From assembly GCA_964016885.1 (NCBI GenBank), contig OZ024740.1, positions 100,006,001 to 100,070,000 of the forward strand: a stretch of DNA of 64,000 nt, written 5' to 3'. The notes under the pieces are model-generated. The model was given only the letters and a program-made list of their open reading frames with translations. It was not told the DNA's origin and searched no databases. Of this stretch, positions 13,580-26,580 are shown in pieces (within the stretch, counting starts at the first letter, position 1; every line of letters begins with the position of its first letter). A program made the position numbers and the translations under genes. Origin of the DNA: Eledone cirrhosa. Taxonomy: Eukaryota.

Positions 13580-13990
13580 TGAATTGGCAGTATCTGAAGA
13601 GAGTTGGACGCCATGCTTTCTAGCATTGTTACGTCCCTTTATGGTCTGAGTTCAAATCCCGCCGAGGTTAACTTTGCCTTTCATCCTTATGGGGGTCGAT
13701 AAAATAAAGTACCAGTAATGTACTGGGTAATTGCTGGCGTTGTGCCAAAAGTAGAAACAATTATTATTGATGATATAGCGTTTGACATAGGGCAGTGGAT
13801 TGGCAGTATCGGTAGAGGGTTGGACACCATGCTTTCCCTCTTAGAGTTACGTCCCTTCACAGTCTGAGTTCAAATCCCACTGAGGTTAACTTTGCCTTTC
13901 ATCCTTCTGGAGATCAATAAAATAAAGTACCAGTAATGCACTGCCGTAATTGCTGTCCTTGTGCTAAATGTAGAAACAATTATTATTGAT
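13580..13990 (+). mobile_element. Tandem pair of Meta-domain-like tRNA SINEs
   Basis: Two ~200-bp copies of gagttcaaatccc..gaggttaactttgcctttcatcc...ataaaataaagtaccagtaatg. Confidence 0.8.
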
Positions 13991-14170
13991 GATATAGTGA
14001 AGTATAAATAATATAGATATATCAATGATATGTTGATACAGTTATAGGTTTTGGTGTGTCTATTCATGATTGGATATATATTAAGTGGGTTATTAGTTCC
14101 AAATTTAGTACAAATGTTAGAATCTTAAGGAATCATATGTGAATATAACAATGTTTTGATAAATGCTCGA

Positions 14171-14359
14171 TTGCCATATATACTTGAATATAAGTCGAGG
14201 AATATTTGACCAAAAAATTCAATATTAAAATGGAGGGGAGGGAATGGCTTATATTTGGGATTAATATTTTGACAATTTCCACCAAATTCAAATGCTACAT
14301 AAATAAGGTTTAGATTTCTGCCCATTTCACAGACAGCTTATGTTTGAGTATATACAGTA
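14171..14359. mobile_element. Tigger/pogo-like MITE
   Basis: Decayed TIRs: tgccatatatacttgaatataagtcg ... cagcttatgtttgagtatatacagta. Confidence 0.55.
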
Positions 14360-14554
14360 CATGATATGTCAATAAGTGCAACAACTTTACTTGAGACATC
14401 TAAAATGAGTTTTCCTACAGTTATATTGAACCTTCAACTATGTATTATATTTCATCTGTTATATATTGAGTTCTATATTGTTGATGATTTTTGAAATGTT
14501 CACATCATAGTATATTGATTATTGATAAGATGCATATATATGCATTCATGTATG

Positions 14555-15245
14555 TATGATTATTATGAACCAGATGCACTGGGCTGGTCAAGTGGTCAAG
14601 ATGGAAGATGAAAGGCTACATAAAAAGTTATTTTATGGTGGGCTGAACAGAGGGAAAAGGCCACAGCATAAACCAAAGAAACGTTTTAAGGATGTCATAA
14701 AAACAATCTTAAAGCTCTCAAGATTGATATGGAGAACTGGGAAAAACTGGCTGAAGGCCATACATCATGTCTTTGAGAAAAAGTGAGTGGATCATGCTGT
14801 TTCACTTCGTAAGCAGGACTCAAGTACAGTGCATGCAAAAAGCAGGCAGGAATCGAGGGTGATGTATGTGGTTGATTTCTTCTAACAAAATCTGGTTTTG
14901 CTAACCATCTGAAATCACATGAGCCAGGGAGAAATCGAGTCAACTGTGAAATGGTTCTACTGCCACACACTTCAGGGTACATTTGCAGTGAATGTAGTAT
15001 AATTTGCAAGTCAGCTGGTGGACTGACCAGACATGGTAAAATGCATGAAGACATATCCAAGCTAGTATTTCCAGGAGACGAACAGTTCAAATATCACATC
15101 TGTGAATGTGCCTGCAAAACAAAAGCATGTCTGAAAAGTGACATGTGTGTACATGTTTGTGCAATGTTCAATGAAGGGATAGTATTCTTCTGTCAAGAAG
15201 TAGCAATCAGAATATATGTATGTACATATGTATGTATGTATGTAT
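14555..15245 (+). mobile_element. 3' fragment of a BovB-like RTE LINE with C-terminal C2H2 fingers and an (ATGT)n tail
   Basis: QMHWAGQVVKMEDERLHKKLFYGGL..GKRPQHKPKKRFKD, then YICSECSIICKSAGGLTRHGKMH. Confidence 0.8.
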
Positions 15246-15504
15246 ATCCGGTCACTCTTCAGTGCTACTGGTAACATGTAACCCAGTACAACCTGTCGCA
15301 TGGTTGGGTCATCGGCAACTAAACTGGCAACCCCACCCAGTTTACTTGGTGAAGAGGGTGAGTTTGGACACCCTGCAGGACAAAAAACAAAACCTGACAA
15401 AGGGTGGAAGAACTCAACGGCCATCCAAAAGTGTGGAAATATGTATATACACATATGTATGTATATGTATATGTGTATATACATGGGTGCATGTGCATGT
15501 ATAT

Positions 15505-16100
15505 GCGCGGGGACATAGTAATAGTCGGGCTGGACACCCGATCGCGCGGTTAAACCACTGGTGCACCCAGCACTCACTGTAAATGAGGTTGGTGTTAGGA
15601 AGGGCATCCAGCTGTAGAAATCAAGCCAGAATCAGTTCCTGTATGAGCAAGACAAGGTCAGCCGACTGGACACTGCACACAACAAGATAACCCATCTAAC
15701 CCATGCTAGCATGGAAGAATGGACATAAAACGGTGATGATGATGATACACATGTACCGCGGGGTTAAACCACTGGGAGTGAAGGACACCTAGCCTTTGTC
15801 AGGGCATTCTTCTAGGAGAAGGCAACACAGGAAACTGGGATAACTCCGATATAAAACCTGTGGCTCAGTAGTTACCGATGATGTTGATCTTTTCTTCTAT
15901 TTGGGTTATAGCTACTGTCGCTCAGAGACTGGGATTGGCTCAGTGCACAGTCTTTCCTCACTTTAAAAAATATCTTCACGCACAGGCAATGCACAATAGA
16001 ATTAATTGATAATTATTGATAATGGTATATTGTGCAATGACCATACTCGAAAATGAGGGGGCAACCATCATGTATGTATATGCATGTATGTATGTATGTG
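15505..16100 (+). mobile_element. Non-autonomous (ATGT)n-tailed element interrupted by a SINE 3' part (15562-15750)
   Basis: cgcgg(gg)ttaaaccactgg is repeated on both sides of the SINE piece. The body matches 17538-17745 closely and 16920-17182 loosely. Confidence 0.55.
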
Positions 16101-17233
16101 TGTGTGAACATATGTATATTTGCTTGTAAGTTTGTATGTATGTGTGTTATTGTGCTGTTGTGTTTCCACTTACACTCCTCACTATATCAGAGTCTGGTGG
16201 GGGAGCCGGTTTAGTTACCAACCACCCAAACATGAAACTGGTTTTACTGGGCTACATGGTACCAGTAACTGGGAGATACCTAACCAACAAGAGCTATCAA
16301 AGAGGTGATGAACTACACAGAATCAACTGTCATCCACCCTAACTATGGGTTAAATAGTCTTACCAGCTTGCAATTGGCCAAACAATGTGAGTATGGCTAC
16401 ACCCCATGGAAAAGTTCAATACCATGACAATCATACATGCGTTTTTTGTAACTGTCCTGTTATCTTGCTTTGACTTTTCACGGAACACATAACTGCGGGA
16501 ATCGACTGGGTGCTATGTCTATAGAACAAGCAGGTAACATTGCCATCTTTATGTGCAGATATTTCTTCACAAGTCCCACAGAGTTGGAGGAGTGGCAACA
16601 TGTGAAGACTCAACTGGTGAGAAGCATATAATCACAAATTTACATGTAGACATCTTGAGTCTTATCCTAATGTCGCTACACAGTTAACCTGAATAGCAGC
16701 ATGCTTCAGAGAAATCATGAGGGTCTGGGCAGCCTTTTTGGGGATACACTGCTCCCCCATACCACATCAAACTGACCAGCAGCCTGCAATTGGTAGTAAT
16801 TCATATTAACATGGAATTTGTTGAAGGGATGGCTGTCTTCTGTAAATAAGTTGCAGTTATCGTGTATGTATGATTCTTTTTTCTTTTGAGCAAAAGGCGT
16901 CTAGTCTTCATTTAGACATCTCTTTAGGGGAAGGTCAATCTGATATAAAACTTGGAACTTCATTTGCATCCAATTATATAGACCAGTTCTTCTTTTTAGG
17001 CAAATACATTCGATGTTCAGAGAGTGGGATTGGCTCCGTGCAAAGCCTTTCCTCACTTAAAAGAGCTTCAAAGACATTGATATTTTTTGTGATGCATAGT
17101 ATTGCTGGCTAATAGGCAAGTCTCTAAAAGGGCTAAAAAGCCATGACCGTGATACTCGGAATCGAGTTGCAGCCATCATGCATGCGGAAGAACTCATAAG
17201 AGTCAACGGCCATCCAAAAGTGTGTGGGTGCAT

Positions 17234-17537
17234 CGCTTAGTGGTTAGAGTATTGGGCTTGCAATCGAAAGGTTGTAAGTTCAATTCTCAGACCGGGCGAT
17301 ATGTTGTTTCCTTGAGCAAGACACTTTATTTCACATTGCTCCAGTTTACTCATCTGTAGAAATGAGATTATAGGGCTGCAAAGTGGTCGTGGAGGTGCCA
17401 CGGCAAAAAAACACTCAGCCCACATTGTAAAGTGGACGTGTAGGTGCCACGGAAAAAAAGCACCCAGCACTCACTGTAAATGAGGTTGGTGTTAGGAAGG
17501 GCATCCAGCTGTAGAAATCAAGCCAAAATCAGTTCCC
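17234..17537 (+). mobile_element. CORE-like RTE-partner SINE with two pseudoknot units, 3' truncated
   Basis: High identity to the reverse complement of 11096-11443. Confidence 0.85.
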
Positions 17538-18274
17538 AATGATGTTGATCTTTTCTTCTATTCGGGTTATAGCTACTGTTGCTCAGAGACTGGGATTGGC
17601 TCAGTGCACACTCTTTCCTCACTTTAAAAAATATCTTCACGCACAGGCATTGCACGATAGAATTAATTAATAATTATTGATAATGGTATATCGTACAATG
17701 GCCATACTCGATAACTAGGGGGCAGCCATCATGTATGTATGTATGTGCAAATATGTGAGTAGTACTTGTGAACCTTGAATTAAAAGTAATACATAAATGA
17801 TAACACTAATATTGAAACTATATTATATAATTAATGTTGAAAGTAACACTCATGAGCAGAGTGCACCATGGGTTTTCCTAGATTATGACTGGAGAGAAAA
17901 TTATTACCAGACAGATGAGAAAAGTTGCTGTAATTGAAACAAACTTCAACTGATGAGCTTCTCAGTATATTTTACCTGAAGCCTGTAAAAGTTAGTATAT
18001 ATAGCTGATAAAAATCTTCTCAAAGTTAACAGAAAAAAATCTAATATAATAAAAGTAAATTTAATGTAGATATAAGTAAAGTTTTTTTCAATTAGAAGCT
18101 CTTATTGTAAAAAGAATGAAGTGTCAATACTTTCCATATTCTCTCATATGCAGAAAAAAGAAGAGTTTATCGGTATGAATTTTGGTGATTTTTGTCTCCT
18201 TATCAGATGATAACAGCACTTATGATTCTGTCAATTTTCTTACAGCAACACTATATATATATATATATATATAT

Positions 18275-18525
18275 GAACTCAGACCGGGTGATGTGTTGTT
18301 TCCTTGAGCAAGACAGTTTATTTCACATTGCTCCAGTTTACTCATCTGTAGAAATGAGATGATAGGGACTGTGGTCCATATCATTCCACTGCAAAGTGGT
18401 TGTGTAGGTGCCACGGAAAAAAAGCACTCACCACTCACTGTAAATGAGGTTGGTGTTAGGAAGGGCATCCAGCTGTAGAAATCATGTAGGGAAAAGCGGA
18501 CGTAAAATGATGATGATGATGATGA
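18275..18525 (+). mobile_element. 5'-truncated CORE-like RTE-partner SINE
   Basis: Same family as 24503-24835; (GAT)n tail. Confidence 0.85.
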
Positions 18526-19050
18526 TATATATATACACACATATATATCAAACAAGTTGTAGAATTTAGTTGAAAGGGTCAGTTTAATTTGCATGATATT
18601 TATATATTTGGCTGTATAATTATTTATGCTAGAACATAGCAAACTTTAGATAATTTGAGGTAAATTAAGATTAAATGTAGATATAACTAAGTTTTTAAGT
18701 AGAAGTCTTTGCTTTGAAATACGTAAAGTGTAAACACTTTCTATATCTTGGTGTGCACAAAAAATTAAAAATGGCCATCTTACATTTCAGAGAGTTTTGT
18801 CTCCTCATCATATAGTTTGCCATACAATATATGTCCCTATCATGAAACAAATAATGATACCTTTGTCTTTATCAGTAGAATTATTTATGTCAGTGACATT
18901 ATTAACACCAGATGCTGAACAATGAAAAATTGAATGTTTATTTTTTTTATATTTACTCTTGCATTTAACATTCCTCTCCTACTTTTGTAGACATACCATC
19001 ACATTCTTGGGCCAAATACTTTGTCTACAATTAACTAAAATTTTGTAACC

Positions 19051-19138
19051 TGATAAAGGATCATATTGTAAATTGATAAAGGATTATATTGTAAACTGAT
19101 AAAGGATTATATTGTAAACTGGTAAAGGATTATATTGG
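19051..19138 (+). repeat. 23-bp minisatellite, about 4 copies
   Basis: Unit tgataaaggattatattgtaaac. Confidence 0.9.
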
Positions 19139-19384
19139 ATCAAAATTAGTTAAGTTCTTTTTGAATCTAAAGACTCCATCTGGAGTTTATGCTAGTTAAA
19201 CCCCCAGCTGCTGGTACTCTTTTTCAGCAGAGTAAAGTGCTTTCCTGAAGAACATAATTCACTGCACAGTATATGGATTGAACCTACAATCTTATGATTG
19301 TGAAGGAAATGACCAGACAACAAGGCTACACAATTTCACTTATCCCAATGCTATCAAATTTAATTGTATCAACAAACCAAGTAA

Positions 19385-19760
19385 GGATTGCCCCTTTGCA
19401 GATATATCAGTAATTTCATCAATAATTATTGAAAATCCATTTGAAATATTGACCCCATAAATAACGCCCCACCTTATTATTTCTCCATATGATGTGATCA
19501 GTTCATTTTCTACATGGACACAAGTATAACAAACAACAGAAGAATTTTTCAAATGATTTTCCAGTGTCTAATCTCTTGCTTCAATACAGAACCTATAGAG
19601 GCAGTGTACAGTTTCAGTTGTGCCACCTCTCCACCACAGCCACTGCTGTAAAGGGATGTCACGATTATCACATAATAAAATCGTTTGAGAGTATTGGAAA
19701 TAATTTCTTTTGATTTTTCTCTGCTAGTCATTTCACAGCACTGTCAAGCTGACACAAAAC
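19385..19760 (-). pseudogene. hAT transposase fossil (ZMYM1/THAP12-like DUF4371 region)
   Basis: ENELITSYGEIIR...SNGFSIIIDEITDISAKGQ matches the QNELI...FSILADETTDIS..EQ pattern. Upstream, frameshifted KNQKKLFPILS/TILLCDNRDIPL. Confidence 0.75.
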
Positions 19761-20109
19761 GCTCTTATTCTAGCCAATATCTGACTTTCGATTTAATGTT
19801 AAATATTGGATGATAGAACCTTTTTGATGTATGCTTTGCATTCAAAGAGATGATATTTGAATTTAACAACTTCTCAACCTTTATGATACTCTTGGAATCT
19901 TGTTTATAGATAATATCAGGCTATATAATAAAGCATTTTTCTTGTATCTACCCTTTGAGCGCTGATGAAAGACCCTATATGTATGCCTATATTTATATTT
20001 ATGCTGTTAGCCAGAAACATACCATGTCCAGGAAAATATCAGAATATAGATATTTATTTTCATTTATAAACATTATCTTATTTTCATGAAACCTGCAGCC
20101 CATCCTGTA

Positions 20110-20770
20110 TAGAGGTCATGTTGGTGACACAAAAAACAAAATGCACAGTATACTTTGTAAGGTGGTCATGCTGGTGATATGACTAAAAGAGCCCAGTCCA
20201 ACCTGTAAGGTAATAGTGCTTGTGACACTACAAACAAAGTACCCAGTTCAACCTGTAACCGTGACACAATGAAAAGAGCTCAGGCAACCATGTAAAGTAG
20301 TCGTGCTAGTGACACAACAAAAAAGGAACAAGTCCACCCTGTAATGGTGGTCGTGCTAGTGACACAACAAAAGAATGCCCAGTCCACCCTGTAATGGTGC
20401 CTCTGCTGGTGACATGACAATAAGTGCCTAATCCACTTTGTCACCATGTCACCATATCACCATATCACCATGCTGGGGACATGACAAACGAGCTCCCAAT
20501 CCACCTTGTAACGTGATCGTGCTGGTGACATGGCAAAAAGCACCCTGTCCACCCTGTTAGATCATCATTTTGGTGACACAACAAAAACCATCCTATCCAC
20601 ACTCTAATGTAGTTGGTGTTAGGAAGAGCAACCAATCATAGAAACCAAGCCAAAATACAGATCCATATGAGCAAGATGCGGTCACCTGACCTGGCTTGTC
20701 ACATAATGCAACTAACTGTATAACATAGGCAATCATAGAAAATGGATGTTAAATGATGATGATGATGATG
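20110..20770 (+). repeat. About 10 tandem ~48-bp units followed by an RTE-SINE-type 3' end
   Basis: Consensus gtggtcgtgctggtgacacgacaaaaagcacccagtccaccctgtaa, then gttggtgttaggaagagc... and (GAT)n. Confidence 0.8.
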
Positions 20771-20807
20771 TATATATATATATATAGGATGTTAAATCAT
20801 GATGATA

Positions 20808-21044
20808 TACAAGGTGAGCATAAATTCTTGAGTGAGCATAAAGATTTTCCCTGATTATAAAATACCATATCTCAGATACTATTTGAGATTTTACTTTTTT
20901 ATTGTTTTAATTCATAAATTTCAAGTTTAAAGTTTTTCTCTGAACATGTTTTACATTTTCTCTTCTACAGGGAGTAGTTGTAATTTTTAGTAACAAAATG
21001 GCATCTATGAAACAAAAAGGGAAAGACTTTATGCTCACTCTGTA
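20808..21044. mobile_element. Tc1/mariner-like MITE
   Basis: TA-flanked TIRs: caaggtgagcataaa(ga)ttttccc ... gggaaagactttatgctcactctg. Confidence 0.7.
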
Positions 21045-21244
21045 TATATATATAAGCGTTTCTGTGTGTCGCAAGAACAAATACTCTGGACAAATGCTGG
21101 CTTTTGTCAAAATTTTAGAGCTTAACGTATTTCCACACTCCGCATGTGTGTCTTCAGACTGGTATATTTCCTTGGTTTGGTTAAAATTCAGTTCTACTAC
21201 AATATCTGATATGAGATATGAATACAGTGGTACAAAACATAATA

Positions 21245-21435
21245 ATAATTGTTTCTACTTTTGGCACAAGACCAGCAATTATCTCAATGCATTACTGGTA
21301 CTTTATTTTTTCGACCCTATAAGGATGAAAGGCAAAGTTAACCTCGGCAGGGTTTGAACTCAGACCATATAGGGCTGTAACTCTATGCTGCAAAGTATAG
21401 TGTCCAACCATCTACCGATACTGCCAATCCACCAC
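21245..21435 (-). mobile_element. Meta-domain-like tRNA SINE
   Basis: Reverse complement of the 13580 family. Confidence 0.8.
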
Positions 21436-21439
21436 TAAC

Positions 21440-23413
21440 AAGAAATAGGAGGAGAAGGTTGTCAGAATATCTCTGAATGAATAAACAAAAAAGGTGAAGG
21501 AGGTACTAAAAGACATTAGAATAGAAAATATATATCTGATACAAATAAACGTATTGGTAATATAGTTGTGTTTGTTAAAAGGAAAATAGGATTTGTAAAT
21601 CAATCGAATGGGAAAAAAGAGAAGGGACCAAGGTGGACGAGAAGAATTAGAGAATCAATTAATAAATTAAGAAGGTATATTAACCTCATGGAATATAAAA
21701 AGGGAAGGAAAATAAAGAAAAAGAGTGAATATCTTGAAATAGAATAGAACTATAACATACAAAATAATGGTATAAACGTTGTTATTGAAGAGAGCAAACT
21801 AAAGCGTACAAGCTGAGAATATTTGAACAAAGAACACAATTCAGATTCAATAGAATGTTCCAGTAAGATCAGAAAAGAGTGTACGAAGACCTCGAGAGTA
21901 AAGTAAGAAAGAAAGAATGACACAAGATGCAGTAGAAAGCGAATGATTTTGGTCAAACATCAGACATAATGAGAAACAGCATAATAAGAATGCTGAAGGA
22001 ATTGAGGGAGGATAAAACAAATGTTAAAAAAAGTGATATTGAAATAACAACAGTAATGGTATGTATACAAGCACAATTAAATCCCCAATTATAAATCCCT
22101 TGAATGTAGTTCAGGGCTTTTGGTTGAAGAAGTTGACATTTTTCCATGGGTGTGTCACCGCTCAAATGAATGACCTGTTAACTAACCATGCAGAGATAAC
22201 AATAGATAGGACTGTGCCCTGTGAGAAGGACTCTGCTAAAGACAATTTATAGATCATTTTAAACCCATATCTTTCTTGCCACTAATGTGATAACTTATGA
22301 CTGGAATCTTCTTTGAGACTATGTATAAGTTCTTTGAAGATAATGGAATTCTACTGGAAGTGCAGAAAGGGTGTAAAAAGACCAGCAGGGATACAAAAGA
22401 TCAATTGTTGTTTGATAAAACAACCCTTTCAAATTTTCAAAAGTGGCACAAGAACTAAACCATGACATGCATGGAATATCAGAAAACATACGACATGGTC
22501 CACCATAGCTGGATATTACAGTGTCTGAAATTTACTCATATGCCTAACAATGTAATCAGGCTTATAGAACAATTGATCACCAGCTGGAAAATAGAGTTAA
22601 TTTCCTGTGGAGAACAGTTAGGCTCTGTTAACATGTGAAGGGGCATATTTCAGGGAGACAGGTTATCACTACTCTTATTTGTCATCTGCATGATCTTTTT
22701 GACTCAAGTCCTTAGAAAAGTAAAAAAGAGGGACATGTGCTAGACGGTATTAAGTTCAACAATCTGTTATTTGTGGATTACTTAAAGTTATTTGTGAAAA
22801 AAGAAAACAAAATTGACAGCTTTAGTCAGGATATTGAGATGGAGTTTGTGGTAAGAAAATGGTATCAGATATACCCATTGAAGAATATCTGAGAAATGTG
22901 GGCTTGACACAGCAACTAAATTGTATGAGCAGAAACAAGCAGTGTTGTTAGAAACAGACGAATTTAAGTCTTTGTGTGACTTCACCATTCAATGTGAGAG
23001 AATTATGGAGACAAGAAGGCCAGACATTTTAGTTTTGAACAAGAATAAAAAGACCCTCGTTATCAATATCTCTATCCCAGATATAGTAGAGTAAAGTGAA
23101 GGATAAATAACATGAAAAGATGAGTCACTAAAGAAGTTTGGTATGTTGTGGAGAGTGAAGAAAGTAGAAGTGATTCCGGTGGTTATCGGAGCATTGGGAT
23201 GCATATTGGACAGGTCATGCAGATGACAACACTTCTTGACACAGCAAGGATTTTAATGAAAGTCTTGTCTATGTAAGGCACAGGAGAGAATAAATTTAGG
23301 GACCTTTGTCAACTTGTGTTGACTGCTCCCTAACTGAAATATCCAGATCATTTAACACCTAAATGTCTGAGATTTACAAAAATAAACCATAATAATATCA
23401 ATAATAATAATAA
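21440..23413 (+). mobile_element. Degenerate R4/Dong-like non-LTR retrotransposon (RT plus restriction-like endonuclease), (TAA)n tail
   Basis: Broken frames give QKGCKK..RDTKDQLLFDK, YDMVHHSWI, IFQGDRLSLLLFVICM, NLLFVDYLKLF, DFTIQCERIMETRRPDILV and VEVIPVVIGALG. Confidence 0.8.
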
Positions 23414-24502
23414 TACCTTCTTTATTAACCACAAAAGGGTTTACAAAAAAATACATTAAGGTCAGCACAGGATGGTAGTAATATGGGTTTCTGTGTGTAT
23501 AAACGAAAACAAAAACAAATGATGATGATGGTCATCATCATCATCATTAAATAAAGATGAGACTTCTGAGGGTTACTCGTGGAGAAATCCCACAAAATGC
23601 CATGGTGACCCTGACCACCAGGTAAAATGCCCTCTCCCAGTTTTCCACATCTAGCATACAGGTGCATAATCGGAGCAGGCCCATTCACTTGGGCCATGTT
23701 TGTCCCTCTCACTCATCTTTCAATGAAAAGCAAACTGAATAATAATAGTATCAACAACAACAATAACAATAACTATAATATACAATAACAGAGATGAAGT
23801 TTAATATCTTTATATCCTACATGGGTTTCTGTAGCTATTCTCATTCTTGTGTCTTTTATAAATGGTATGCTGAATAGTATAACTGTCATTACGATATGGT
23901 ATGATCTGCCGAGGTTAACTTTGCTTTTCATCCTTAGGGGGCCGATAAAATAAAGCACTAGTAATGGACTGGGGTAATTGCTAGCCTTTTGCCAACAAGT
24001 GGAAACAATTATGATACAGTATGACTCAGAGTATGTTCACTTCTTCAGAGAAATTTAACAAATGGCCTTAATTTAAGCAACAAAGTCGTTATAAAAACGA
24101 TTTTAGCATGCTTGACACATATACCATTAAAAGGAACACAGCAGTTCAAATTATACAAAATACAGTGTAAAAGAAAAAGACTTTGCAGATTCAAAAAATA
24201 ATTTTAAAAATACAGTGATGAAAGAGCACAATAAAGTTAAAAGACAAGAAATATATGTGAATATGAGTACATCTTCTAGGAAGCAATTTACTGTATTAAA
24301 TATAAAGAATAGAAAAAAGCTAGAATATAAATGTATAGGGTTAATTTTAAGAAAGAAAAGTGTTATTACAATAAATTAGTGGAAACATATTGCTACCAAG
24401 AATTGACCTAGTTAATAAGTAGATTTAATTTTATTGGATCATTCAATAGAATGATTACAAGGGTGATTACATTATTTAGTTACCTTTTAGTAAAATTATA
24501 TG

Positions 24503-24835
24503 ATGGAGGCACATGGCTTAGTGGTTAGAGCATTGGTCTTGCAATAGAAAGGTTGTGAATTCAATTCTCAGACCGGGTGATGTATTGTTTCCTTGAGCAA
24601 GACACTTTATTTCACATTGCTCCAGTTTACTCAGCTGTAGAAATGAAATGATAGGGACTGGAGTCCATATAATTCCACTGCAAAGTGGTCGTGGAGGTGT
24701 CACGGCAAAAAAAGCACCCAGCACTCACTGTAAATAAGGTTGGTGCTAGGAAGGGCATCCAGCTGTAGCAATCAAGCCAGAATCAGTTACCATCCCACCC
24801 TTGCAAGCAGGGAAAAGCGGACGTATGATGATGAT
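24503..24835 (+). mobile_element. Full-length CORE-like RTE-partner SINE
   Basis: tRNA-like head, core, pseudoknot unit, tail cccacccttgcaagcagggaaaagcggacg plus (GAT)n. Confidence 0.88.
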
Positions 24836-25014
24836 ATGATCTAAGAACTTGGTATTTATTTTTTGTTAATTAAGGACACAGCTGTTAAGGGATATGTAAA
24901 ATTGCCTTATTAATTAAAGGGAATATTAAGAGCTGGGAAAATTAATAATTAAAATTATGAAGGTAAGTTTATCTATGCTAGATTGCAAACCAGCTTTGAA
25001 TATGTTCACAGAAT

Positions 25015-25790
25015 CTTTTGCAAGTACTTATGATGATTTCCTGTCTCTACTTTAAAAGAGGTTTATTGGACATTGAAATCTCTACAACTTTGACAGACCA
25101 TAAATCACATTCCTACCCAACTCCTTTATATATGCTAGTTGAATTAATAATGGACCAGTTAAGATTATACCTTACCTTTCAATTGTTTAGTGTCCAGATA
25201 CATTCTTTATGTGACATCGTAGGTTTTTTCTTCATTTTTAAAAGTGTATATATGTGTGAAAAATTATTTTTTAGAACAGTTCAAAATGGCCTCTATGTAG
25301 AGTTTTTACTCTTTTACTCTTTTACCTGTTTCAGCCATCCGGCTGAGGATGTTTTACATCTATCCATTTTATTTCTCCTATGATAGTGGATAATATCTGG
25401 CATTATACAGTTATACTCTGCTCTAAAGGATCTATTTAGTGTAGTTACTCAATTTTGTGGGGGAGGGATTTATGCCAATCGATATTTATGCTGTTAATGA
25501 TCACACTTATTTGTTTGGCTATTCTGTCTATGTTAGCTATAGGCATTTTAGGTATGTATAAAAATGACATACCTATTTTCATTTTCCCTTAGTTGCTAAA
25601 TGGTATATTGTCTGCTAAGTTAGGTGTTGAGGAATAAGAAAACTTAATATTAATTTTACTTATTATTCTCTAGCATCTGTGTGAAGGAAGGAACTTTTGT
25701 ATAATCTCAAAGAATAGCTTTGGTATGTTGGACAATAACTGAATTCTGGATGGAGGATTATGGATGGAGGATTGTCTACTCTTTTTTTAG
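25015..25790 (-). pseudogene. Penelope-like element fossil: RT-EN linker and GIY-YIG endonuclease
   Basis: NPP..SNIPKLFFEII....PSH....INIKFSYSSTPNL resembles WFNPP..TNIGK.FL..ISYSCMPN. ECIWTL..YNLNWSII..Y...CDL....LLK.RQEII.TC resembles the PLE GIY-YIG C-terminus. Confidence 0.75.
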
Positions 25791-26259
25791 GGATTTCTTT
25801 GTCTACTCTTTTTTATGGGATGATCCTTAGTGTTTCTTATTTTATTAGTCCCTCCCACATTATTATAACTTGGGCTTAACTTATTTCTTATTTTTTTCTA
25901 TTTTTTGGGGTTTCTATCATTCTTATTCTCTAATTCTAGGTCACTGTCATTAAGTGTGTATTTATGCCCTGTAACTTAGTACTTTGTTAAATAAAGATCG
26001 ATGAAATATGTATCAGACTTTAGAATATAAGTACTGTGGTCGATATCCTCAACTAATCTATTGAAGGCAGTGCCTCATAATGCCTCCAGTTCAGTAACTG
26101 AAACTAGTAAAAGAGTAAAAATGTATGATAATATAGTTAGAGTAATCAATATTTTTTTTTCTAAAATGAATAAAGCAAATTCATACACATCTCTATAAAG
26201 ATTTTATCTAAGTGAAAATAATCACAATTTTCCTTAGTGTTTTGTACACTTTGACATGG

Positions 26260-26580
26260 ATTGGTGTGAGAAATCTGATTGGTGTGAGAAATCTGACGTG
26301 GTGTGAGAAATCTGACGTGGTGTGCAGGAGAAAAGATTGCATTGGTACGGACCTGGATGATGACCGATGGGTGAGGGAGTGCCAGGAAATGCCAGGAAAT
26401 GCCAGTGGAAGGAAGCTGCAGTAGAGGTAGACTGAGAAAGAACTGGACAGAGGGGGTGAGAACTGTCCTCAAATCGTTGAGATTCACCTAGGAGATGACA
26501 AAGAAATCCAATGCACTGTGAAAGATGTGTTCAACTCACGTGAGTGTGAAAAATGGATGTAAAAACGATGATGATGATAA
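26260..26580 (+). mobile_element. RTE 3' fragment preceded by an 18-19-bp tandem repeat
   Basis: DDDRWVRECQEMP matches the C-terminus of the 44187-44813 ORF; tggtgtgagaaatctga repeated about 3 times; (GAT)n tail. Confidence 0.75.

Noticed and set aside
15270-15350. HDV-like ribozyme in an RTE-type 5' region
   Set aside because: Partial P1/P3 pairing and a CTAA are present, but L3 and P1.1 do not fit, and taaactgg pairs better in a simple downstream hairpin.
17945-17995. Hammerhead at CTGATGA (~17950)
   Set aside because: GAAG instead of GAAA and no credible stem II.
19340-19552. Host ZMYM1/THAP12 exon
   Set aside because: Frameshifts and stops in the adjoining homologous sequence indicate a dead hAT transposase.
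20110-20610. CRISPR-like array
   Set aside because: Units are homologous along their whole length with no unique spacers, there are no cas genes, the context is eukaryotic, and the unit is an RTE/SINE module.
24503-24580. tRNA gene
   Set aside because: The A and B boxes belong to a SINE head that continues into core and LINE-derived tail; no full cloverleaf.
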